NCBI RefSeq assembly: GCF_964204645.1
Contig: NC_134027.1
Location: 24,948,560-25,012,559, forward strand
DNA: 64,000 bases
DNA from: Tubulanus polymorphus
Lineage: Eukaryota; Animalia; Nemertea
Direction: 5' to 3'
Shown here: piece after piece, positions 11,569-22,700 of the stretch
How positions within the stretch are numbered: the first letter of the stretch is position 1
Layout of the letters: every line of letters begins with the position of its first letter
Program-made: the position numbers and the translations under genes
The notes under the pieces: model-generated
The model's input: only the letters and a program-made list of their open reading frames with translations
Database searches by the model: none
Told to the model about the DNA's origin: nothing

Positions 11569-14500
11569 ATGGCCAAAGGCGGCAGAGACCTCGATAGGAA
11601 AAAGCTGAAGTCGATGTTGACGGCCAATGAAGATGACATCGAGAACTTCCTAATATCAAGATCAGACGCACTCCTAAAGAAACTCAATAGCGGCGACATC
11701 TCCAACAAAGAACTGGAAATGTTGATGTGCTTATTCCGGAAAAGCTGCGAATGGGAAAGCGTGCACAATTTGTTGACTTCGTCGGCCATTTTCAATAACA
11801 AAGGCGTGATAAAAGACTATATCGCAGAAATGAACGCGAGCGGTAAGATAAATGGCGATAATAAGACATTTCTGATTGATCTTAACACGCTGGTGACCGC
11901 CCTGGTGGTGAACGGGGCGAGTAACTCCACCAGAAGTAAACTGAAGCTGATAATAAAATCGATTTTGACGGGCGGTGTTATTTCCGAGGAGCAGAAAGGT
12001 ACATTTGAGATGTTGCTGGAAATGGTCGCCAACGAGAGGCAGCTAGTTCGTCCGCCCACGACGACCACAAAAGATAAAATTAATGAAACGCAGAAAGAAG
12101 CGCCAAGTCTTACCCATAGAACAAACGTCATCAGATCACCTCAAATTCCTTGTGCTGGAGTTTGGAATAGTTTCAAACCTCGCGAAACGCCAGCGCCGGT
12201 TAGCATGGCGGATATCATGAGAGATGAAATGAAATCAACAGAAAACACTAGAAAGCAACAACCTGTAAAAGCGGACGAAACGATGAGAAATCAGAAGAAA
12301 TCAACGGATTCTAGAAAACAGCTACCTGTCAGCTTGGAAGAAATCAGTGGAAATCAAACCATTTCAACAGGTCCTAAGATAAAGCAACAGCCGGTTAGCA
12401 TCGCTGAAATCATGAAAGAACAAGCGAAATCATCGGATTCTATGAGGAGAAATAAACAGCGGGTTCGCATGGAAGGAATCGCAAGAGCGCAAGAGAAATC
12501 TACAGTTTTTTGCGACAAAACGAAGACATTTAATCAATCCATTCAGTCAACAACTCGTAAGGTAGTCGGGAATACGCCACAGATTAAACAAACCAGGGAG
12601 GTTCCCTCCGCCCATCTACCAGGAAAACCTGAAGATGGTTGGAGCAAAAGTTTTGGCACGAGTCGGCAGACGAAGTGGTCTCCTTTTCCAGAGAAACCGC
12701 AGCATCGAAAACCTGCTGACGAGTCAAATCATTTCGTCGACGTGGCTTTTGAATCGGAAGATCGCTTTATTCAAGCAGCGCTGCAATTTCTCGACATAGA
12801 CGGCGAATCGATTTCGAACTTCCTGAAACAGAGGAGTAGCCAGATGAAGTATAAACTGAACGACGAAACTTCGAGTCCTCGAGAGGTTCGAATCGTCTTG
12901 AAACTATTCGCCAAGTGTTTTGAAGACGCGTCGTCCGGTAATTTGATAAGGATTTTGACCGATATAAGCACTACGAGGTGGTTAGACTACGGTTTGGGTA
13001 GATACCTGAGAAAGATTCGCTGGTCCAATCTGGATAAAGAAGAAACGGAAAGTCTGGAGAATATCGTGATCGTATGTAAGGCGCTCATGTTACGGTTGCC
13101 ACAGCGGACAGCCTACCCGGTACTGATGCTTCTTTCGGATCTGAAAAAACGATCGGAAATTAGTTCGTTTTTCGTGAAGAACTACGAATCCCTGCTCGAA
13201 AAACTAACCAGAGCGCATGAGCTCGCCGAGTCGATTGTCGAGGCAAATCTGTCAGAGAATATTGGGAATGCTGATGAGCCAAGCCACGAACAGGAAGAAC
13301 CGACACAAGACTTCCTGGACACTGTCATATATCCGACCAAATCGGACATCGATTCTCCCGGAAATATTCCAATTAATCTGGCAAGAGGGAAATACAAGAG
13401 TCCTAAGAATTATTTAGACACTCAGTTCAGATTACTGAGAGAGGATTTCTTGGCACCGCTTCGAATGGGTATTAAAGAATACTGTGAGAACGCTGAAGCC
13501 GGGTTTCCGCTGAGGAGACTCGACGCAGACGCGTATATCTACACGAACGTTACGTTCGTCGGTATCGCAGACGGCTTCATCGTTAAATTCGATCACCGAC
13601 ACTTGCGCATTAACTGGGCCAGGACAAAACGTCTGTTGACCGGTTCACTCGTTTGTCTATCGAACGACCGGTTCCGCACGTTCGTTACGGGCACGATTAA
13701 AAGACACGACGAAAAGAAACTCGCCGAAGGCCGAGTTGAAATCACTATCGACCCCGAGTACATCAACTCGTTGTCGTTTCTCAGCAGTTACACAATGGTC
13801 GAAGCTACGTCTTTTTACGAGGCGTATAAGCACGTGCTGAAGAGATTGCAGCAACTCGGCGAAGGTGTGAAAAACGACGTACCTATTCCATTTCAACAGT
13901 ACTTCGTCGACGTTTCGAAGAAAGCCACGCCCCCGCTGTACATGAAGTCGGACCCTAACGAGATAATCAACGTTCGGTCATTTATGAAGAAGAAAGAAGT
14001 GACCGTCAAAGAATTCCTCAATGGAAATTGGGCGAATGATGAAAACGGGCAACTCGACCAGTCTCAGCTGAAAGCACTACACGCAGTGTTCTCTCAGGAG
14101 CTAGCAGTCGTGCAAGGACCCCCCGGTACTGGGAAGACATTCATCGGTTTGAAAGTCATGGAATTCTTGTTCGCAAATCGTAAACTATGGAACAAAGATC
14201 GGAACGATAGTATCATGGTTGTCTGCTACACGAATCACGCTTTAGATCAGTTTTTAGAAGAGGTGTTAGCGATGAAATCCAGGCGTAAGTTGATACGTAT
14301 CGGCGGCCGTTGTTCGGAAGAGAGTCCGGTTTACGAGCACACTCTCCATTCGATCCGTTCGCGTAAACGGCCGCGACGTAAAGGCGACTCGGAAGACGAA
14401 GATGAAGACGTGATTATCGTCGATCTATACGAAGAGCCGGTCGATTTGAAAAGATTGCGGGCTCGTAAAAAAGAATACGACCGAATCTTGTGGTTCATGA

Positions 14501-17500
14501 AAAGCCAACTGTTAGACGGACCTTTCGGGCGTCATTTGATCAAAAATTTGCCAAGAATACTGCCGCAGCTTGCACAATCGAGCTTATTCATATGTAGTGC
14601 TCCGTTATGGCAATGTCTGGCTTACTGGTTACTGGATGTAAACCCGTACGATGCGGCGGCAGGAGAGGATGAACTAGAAATGCTGGAACGTTTGGTATTT
14701 AGGGGCTCCAACGTGAAGGAAACCCCGCCCGAGGATGTCAAAGAAAATGATGAACAGACGACCGACTCTAATACATTGACTCTGAATGTTAAAGACGAAG
14801 CGGACTTGATCCTTGAGGAACGCGAGGTTGACGGACAGGATGATGGAAAATGGGAGGTCGTAAAAAAAAAGAAAGCAAAGCGCCAAAACGATAGCGCTGA
14901 TGAAATGTGGAAAAGAACAAACGAATTGAAACAAAAGCTACTCGAGGAACTCGGCGAAACGGCCAAGCAATACAAGAAGATGGAATCGGGAAAGGTGCAG
15001 ATGGTTGAAGACATTTGGAGACTAAAACCGAAGCAGAGATTTGAGGTGTACCTGGCGTGGTTAGACAATTATGTACGGCAACTGGGCAGACAGTTCAAGG
15101 GATTGGTACAAACCAGAGATATTTGCAGTAGGGCGCTCGACGATCGCTTAGAACGCCGAGATCTAGAACTGCTGAAAAATGCAGAAGTGATCGGCATGAC
15201 GACGACCGGGGCTTCGAAATATTCCAGTTTAATACAGAAACTACGTCCGCGTATACTGATCGTGGAGGAGGCGGCAGAGGTTCTGGAAGCGCACGTCGTA
15301 ACCGCTTTAACCGAGAGATGCGAACACGCCATTCTGATCGGCGATCACAAACAGCTACGCCCGAATCCGACCGTGTACAAACTGGCGAAAGATCACAACC
15401 TCGATATATCGTTTTTCGAGCGCATGATACGTAACGGATATCCGGTTACGACGCTGACCAAGCAACACCGAATGCGGCCGGAGATCTCGGCGATTCTTGT
15501 ACCGCATATCTACAAGAAGTTGCTCGACCACGAATCGGTGAAAACCTACCCGGACGTGCTCGGCATCGAACGAAACGTGATATTTGTTGATCACAGTCAC
15601 CAGGAAAACCCGGAGAACGAGAGTAGAAGCCGCAGCAACGAATACGAAGCAGAGATGATCGTCCATCTGGCGAGACATCTCATAAAGCAAGGCTACAGCG
15701 GGTATGACATTACCATCTTAACCCCGTACGCAGGACAGATGTATAGGATTAAGGATTTCATGAAAAAAGTCCTATCGGCTGAACGCGATCTGGACGAGTT
15801 GTGTAATATCAGAGTTACACCTGTTGATAATTACCAAGGAGAAGAAAACAATATCATTTTGATATCGTTCGTTCGAAGCAACAAAGCTGGAAATATCGGA
15901 TTTTTGAAAACGGCGAACCGGGTGTGCGTAGCATTGTCGAGAGCTAAGTGGGGCATGTATTGTATCGGTAACTTCACCAGTTATGCGAAGGAGTCCCGTC
16001 TTTGGGAAGATTTGGTGTACTACCTGAGACAAAAAGGTTTCCTAATGCGTGGCTTCCCGCTCACCTGTCAGAAACACCCAAAACACTTACCATTAGTGAA
16101 ATCGGTGGGTGACTTCAGAGAGTCACCGGACGGCGGCTGTCGAGAGAAATGTGATTTTCTTTACGAGTGCGGCCATTGGTGCCAGAAATTCTGCCATAAC
16201 GATGACCCGGAACACGTGAAATACGTCTGTCAACAACCGTGCGAGAAGATATGCCCCCGAGGCCACCGGTGTTTAGAAGTGTGCGGTAACGTGTGCGAAG
16301 ACTGTCCGATACCGTGTGGTCTGACTTTACTCGGCTGCGGACACAGATGCATATCTCCGTGCGGACAAGATGGCCGGAAATTCGGCGCAGAAGTCACGGA
16401 TTCGCAACCATGCAATCACGACTGCATGACAACGGTCAACAAGATTCTACTGTGCGGTCACACGGCATTCAATGGCCGATGCAGTGATAATGTGGAAGAG
16501 ATGAAGTGCGACGCTCTTGTCCAGAGAACTCTGGAATGCGGTCATAACAAACAGGTCATATGCGGCGGCGTTATCGAATCTGTCGTCTGTGACGTGATTT
16601 TGCAGCAACCGCACCTGTTGCCGTGCGGTCACGAAGCTCGAGTCAGATGTCACCAGAAAACATCCGGACTCGATCTGGATCACGAACTCAAGTGTAAGGA
16701 AGCGTGCCAGGCGCGGTTACCGTGCGGACATCGGTGTTTGGGGATATGTTTCGACTGTTCGACTGGTATTCATCGGAGGTGTCGAGAAGTGTGCGGCCGT
16801 CTGTTGCTGTGTGGTCACGTTTGCAAGAAAAAGTGCGGAGAGCCTTGCTATCCGTGTAACAGTCAGTGCGAGGTTCATTGCTGGCACCGACGGTGTAAGA
16901 GAGGCTGTATGGAACAGTGTTGTACGCCTTGTTCGGTGGACTGTAACTGGATTTGCGAACACCATAAATGCGAGAAAAAATGCGATAAAATATGCGATCG
17001 CGCTAAATGCGACGAACCTTGCACGAAGTCGTTACCGATGAGCGTAAAGAAGTGCCAAGGTTTATGCGGTGAGCCTTGTCCATTGGTTTGTCCTGCAGAC
17101 CCCAATAGCGCATTAACCACCGGCGGGAAAGCCGCGTTAGATGGACGCGAAACGAAGTACGTTAGGGTGAGTCCATGCGGGCATTGTATCGACTCGGAGG
17201 TACTCGAGGATTTAATGACGAATCGCACTCACAGAGGAATGAAAGTGGTTAACGTGAAGCGTTGCCCTTTCGCGAATTGCGATAAACCGATTGTGTTTTG
17301 TCCGCGCTACGGCGAAGAGGTGCGAGCTTCGGTGAAACTGCTGAAACAGATATCCGCGTACAGGGCGTCGTTTTCACTAGGCATTGAATTCATTATAGAA
17401 GATCTTGTAGAAATTAGCGCTGATAGGGAAAGGCTGAAAATGCTGTACGACATTGTCGATGCCATGCACTGTAATAACCTTGAAGAAGCGGAGACTATTG

Positions 17501-18133
17501 TGAAGTCTGTAGAAGTTTCTAAGTCGATTATCGAAGATTTCCAATTCGGATTCATGGACAATGTATGGTTACAATGTCCGAAGGGTACGTGATGCGTTAG
17601 AACACGGGCCGCATTTAACAGTGTTATTCACATCTACAATGAGCAATGACGAAATTCTTATTGAAGTTAATCCCGTGGTCATTGCGGTTTCATTTCAGGG
17701 CATTTTTTCAAAGATCCTGGAACGGAAAGCGAAGAAGAGGACATTCAATGCGATAAACCGGGTTGTGCTCTCAAACCGCGTAACCGCACACGTAAGCAAT
17801 ATCTATACATTATGTTGTACACAAAGTGTCCGCACGAAGTCATATTCTTTATTCCTATAACATCTCGATATATATTCAGTTTAAAACAGAGGTAGTTTAA
17901 AATAGACATACTCAAGGATATCTGGCACAGATCTTAGGACTATCTGAAGGAAATTGCTTTGTATAGTTTGGTTTTTTTTCTCATATTTTGCAGAGCTTGA
18001 TGCCGAGGTTACCCCAAGGCACCGAGGCCTGGCAGACGATGATGCTAGAGATCTGTTTAGGAGGGAAGTATTATTAGGAATGATGGATATCACAATCGAT
18101 GATGAGAGTTCGTCTGATGACGAGGGAATTTGA
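11569..18133 (+). CDS. ZNFX1: ZNFX1-like (NFX1-type zinc finger-containing protein 1) SF1/UPF1-like RNA helicase
   Basis: Coding exons 11569-17584, 17699-17791 and 17994-18133 (phase 1 junctions; the tracked ORF reads into intron at GT 17585). Motifs: YLDTQFRLLREDF, Walker A GPPGTGKT, YTNHALDQFLE, Walker B IVEEAAEV, IGDHKQLRP, QHRM, VDNYQGEE, RVCVALSRAK, many LxCGHxC NF-X1 fingers, a RING-like CGH...CP..C..RYG segment and the RZ-like WLQCPKGH. Confidence 0.95.
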
Positions 18134-19224
18134 ATTGACTGTGATTTTACCCAATAGCACTATAACGTACTATATAAGTATCTCTGACTCCATCAGTGTC
18201 CGAATATTTCCTCGAGCTGATGGAATACCGTCGTACATTGCATAATATGCACCGATGGAATACTTCAGTTTCCCCCAAGATGACTATCAGAATTTAGCCG
18301 AAACGTTGAATAAACAAGGGAACAAGGAAACATTTCGCTCAAGGAAACATTTCGGACTAAAATATTTATTCCTACTGTAGGAGTTAGCATTAAATACGAC
18401 GTATCTTAGTCCACCTAAGAAGGGGGCTTTTAGGGTTGCTAAATACCTCTTGGATTTTAGATACGAATGTTGGTCGGGGTTGTTTGGGCTATATCAATCC
18501 TCTTAAGAGGTCGAGTCTCAACCAAATAACGGGATGTTAATTGCAATTTTGTGACACACGTAATCAAAACTTATTGCCTCTATGCTTATATACGGTTATG
18601 CGATGTACAATTATTATGTCTTATTCTCTGATATATACATGTATATACGTAATGGCCAATATAAGTCTTCGCTAGGAATGGGTTTCTTGTGTATTTCGAG
18701 GTTATCCGGACTATCCGGTTAGCTTTTCGGCTGTTCTAGTTGTTCATCTAATCCAATAGACCATACACGCGTATGTGTGACGTCACAAATGCTCATGTTG
18801 GCGACCAAACGACGTGGTAGTCAATATGAATGACACTGGGATGAAACCCCGATCCTTTAACGGCCCCTGGCTTGTCATCAACCGTTTTTTCCTCAGGTTA
18901 CGTGATTTAGATTCCGACCCAAACGTCCCTGGTATGATCCGCTTGTGGTTCCTATGAGATTTCTAGAAAGGATTTTAAGAAGATTTATAATTCACATCGC
19001 CAGCCATCTTCCCAGATAAACCAGATAAGAAGCACAGATATCAAACGCATTCTAAAAAAATTCACGACAAATTCACGGTTTTTTTAACACGAAGTAATCC
19101 GTTTTATTTGATCTTCAACGTGTATACCCATATATCTACATGAACACAGGTTTCTTCGAATTTCGCGCAATAATCCTTCTAAAAGGAATAACGGTTTTAT
19201 AATAACAAAAACCAAATATAATCA

Positions 19225-19419
19225 GATAAAAACCCACTATCTACAGATTAAAAGAATTAAAAGCAAGAATTTATTTATTCAATCCAAAATATAAATAAGA
19301 CACGACGTTTCGATCTCACCCTAGAGATCATCGTCAGGTGGGAATTAAATTCTTTTAATCTGTAGATAGTGGGTTTTTATCTTATTATCCGTTCACCACG
19401 TTTGAGTGTGGTTATCGTT
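19225..19419. mobile_element. Penelope-like non-autonomous insertion with inverted ends (family A)
   Basis: 35-bp inverted repeat 19224-19258/19348-19382, an imperfect 12-bp TSD CAAAT(A/G)TAATCA, and near-identity to 37830-38038. Confidence 0.75.
19301..19340 (-). ncRNA. Minimal type I hammerhead ribozyme
   Basis: Minus strand reads CAC-CUGACGA-U-GAUCUC-uagggu-GAGAUC-GAAAC-GUC-GUG: intact core, 6-bp stem II, GUC triplet and CAC/GUG stem I. Confidence 0.8.
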
Positions 19420-19764
19420 CAAATGTAATCATTATAGCAAATTTTACATAAAAATATAAATTACGATTTACGAATTGTATATAACATTTTGATCACCGAG
19501 GAAGACATATCACATCAACTGAATACATGTAATTACATTAAACAGCGCTTGCCAAGGATTGCCTCTGATAAACTCATTGCCTGGACAGAATATTTAAATT
19601 TTTCATATTCCAATTAATGCGAGCAACACGTTGTCACCCGGACAGACCTGGAATTGATTTACTCGTATCCGTCCCGTGAGATGCGCAGTCTACTGTAACC
19701 AACGAGTAAGAGATGATTGCTCGTAGCATGTAACCTAATCCAACGCTTCATTCCGATTGGAAAT

Positions 19765-22700
19765 TCATAAATTGATATGGAAATCGGAATAGCCGGCTTT
19801 CCGCGTGAATACAAGCGCCGACTGTTCGATGAACGTCTTGTCCAGTCGTGACATGGCGCCGTCGTCGTTCTTACCGCCACGATCTACAACGAAAAACAAC
19901 GACACAATTCATCAGAAATTGATTCCCGAAACGAAGGAGCCATCAATCCGCTGCCTGAACCGACCACGTCAAGAACATTGGACATCGTAGTTTGAAGTCT
20001 TACACGATCGATACATGAAAGTGTGTTGATAAAATGTCTTCATTTAGAAATTTCTCAGGTGAAGTTTAGAACACATGTGATGTTTGGATGATCAGTTTCC
20101 GAAAATGTGCCGATAGAATTAATGTTTGGTGTTAGTATATTTTCAATCAAAAATGTCTCAGGTGAAGTTCTGAATACATGTGAACACCGAACAATCCAAA
20201 ATCTGAAGTATTTGATTTCTCAGGATTCAGGCAGCCAATTGATACCAGCACAAATGACAACGATATATTGTGCATCGATTACCGAAGTGATACTTGCCTT
20301 TTTTGCAAAGCATTTCTACGAATGTGTTCAGAGGAGGGAATGCGAGACCGGACGCCGATGACTCTTGACTAGAATTTGAATCTTGGCTGCTGGTGCTTTC
20401 TGAAAATACATATTTCGCCAAAAGTTGAAAGCATGAAAAATTAGGATCGAACCTTACGTGACCATTCGATAAAAGATGTCATTCAAAACCATGGCAAAAA
20501 CGTGAAAAACCAGCCGAAATAGATGAATACTCACGTAAAACTGGATCTATATTTGGCCTGATCTTTTTTCTATATGGATTGAAATCGGCCGGATCAAAAG
20601 AGTCTAAAAACAGAGGAACGAAAAACCATTAATGAGAATTTTCTTTTTTAATCAATTGAAAAGTAAGTGATAGTTTCGAATAAAAGTCCAATGGAATAGT
20701 GTATAAAAATTGAATGCAACGAACGAAATAGTTGAAGAGTTGAAAATATGTAAAATGTTGACAAACTTATAGACTTATTGCTTAATTTTCATCTCTAGAA
20801 TAAACTTAACCCCGATTTAAGGAGCTGTGTCCAGGGCTTTTCCAATTCCATCAACAAACTGGACATCTTCGAAAGGTTTCAATATTTACCTTTAGACATC
20901 TTCGTCGACACCATTTCTTGAACTAGATGACGCCGACTGATCGGATGGTTCCATCGAAGCAAACATTCTCGAGCGCAATCCTGAAGACAGAGAAACAAGC
21001 TAGAATGAAAATAGGCTGTCGGGATCTTCTCGGTTAGATGTTCAGAAAAGTTGAAATCAAGTTCATTTCAATGTTTTGACCGTGAAATAGGGATTATTTG
21101 AGATCTTATGTTATTCATTTTCATGAGTTCAGTAAAGGCTAGTCATAATGCTGTCATCGGGACTAAGAAAAATATGGCGATTTAATGAATTTGGTATTAA
21201 AAACAATGGTTTTATGATTGAATTCGAGTAGGATTTGGCATATTTGTTCCCAGAAGAACATCGGCGTTACATGAGCACTGGCATTGAAATAGATGGCGTT
21301 ATAACGGATTTCGACTGGGGTCCATTTCTAACCTTGAATCAATTCTCAACGCTTTCAGTGCTGGCTAATTAATACCCTATAGTGCTGAAGATAATTTGAA
21401 AATTCTGAAGAATTTCACCCCAGTGTTTTGAATAACGGGAATAGCACTATACACGTCTACACCCTGGCGCGGTATATCGTTAGTTACTAATATTTCACTA
21501 TGTTTGACAGGTGCTGCCATCTTTCAAGAGAGATAATTAGTAATTACTAATTAAATCAATACACCGCAGTGCGGTGTACTAGCAAAATCCATCACCGATT
21601 CGTACACCGCACTGCGGTGTAGACGCACTGAATGGGTTAACTGACAATTATTTAACTGGGTCCTGAATGATTGACACCTCTGTTTAAATTGATTACCTGC
21701 GGTAGTTTTGTAATTAACTGATATTTAATGCGAACGTTGTCCGGGTTCAGCGAATCATCGAGTTCTGCAAATACAAAGATTGAAATGGAATAAGAGGACG
21801 TTATTGAGAAACGACACGCGCAGTGCTCAAATGCTTACCTTCGATAACTCGGGTCATAAATTCCTCGGTCAACTGAAGAACGCCCATATCTACGTAGTGA
21901 AGAAACAAACGGAAATCCAAAGCGCGAAATCCTAGACTCGTAAAGAACGTACTAAACACTGCAAATAAAACAACACGAAGCAATCAATGCAATTTCATAC
22001 CTGGTACAGAAAAATATTAGTTATGAACAGATTTTCTGGTCTCCTGAAGTTCGTTGTTACAAGGTTAAACTGTGATTTCAGAACTATCGGGTTATAACAA
22101 ACAGATGTTCTGATCCCTTGAAGTTCGTTGTAACAAGCTTCCACTGTAATTTCATACTGGATATAACAGTGAACTATCAGTTATAACGAACAGATTTTCT
22201 GGTCTTCTGAAGTTCGTTGTAACGAGGTTCCATTGTAATTTCTTACTGGATATAACAGTGAACTATCGGTTATAACGAACAGATTTTCTGGTCTTCTGAA
22301 GTTCGTTGTAACGAGGTTCCACTGTTATTTCATACTGGATATAAAAGTGAACTATCAACTAAAACGAACAGATTTTCTGGTCTCCTGAAAGTTCGTTGTA
22401 ATGAGATTCTACTGTAATTTCATACTAGGGGTGCCAATTGGGTACTAAAACCTTTTAAAATAAATACTCTTAAAATTATTTTGGCCAAAAATATCAGAAG
22501 TTTACTTTAGAGCAAATTAGCCTAGACCCCAAATCAAATTTCAACTATATGAACTTACTTGGGGCTGTTGGGAATCCTAATTCATTCGTTGCCAAATAGT
22601 ATCTCTCATATACATAGAATAACTCAGTCTCTTGGATGGATGCCTTTAATGACCTAGAATTGTAACATTCGAAAATAACTTTCATTCTCAGTAATATCAC

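Noticed and set aside
11817-17561. Numerous antisense and alternative-frame ORFs overlapping ZNFX1
   Set aside because: These are shadow ORFs of a long coding exon with no recognisable motifs.
17585-17592. Stop codon of the 2007-aa ORF as the true ZNFX1 C-terminus
   Set aside because: GTACGT at 17585 is a splice donor, and splicing restores the CPKGH motif.
18268-18316. Hammerhead in the ZNFX1 3' UTR
   Set aside because: It is a family B-like relic whose core reads CCAAGA instead of CUGAAGA and whose stem II is mismatched, so it is predicted inactive.
21995-22426. ~85-bp periodic array as CRISPR or a coding repeat
   Set aside because: The whole unit repeats without variable spacers, derives from a Tc1/pogo-like TIR and is intronic.
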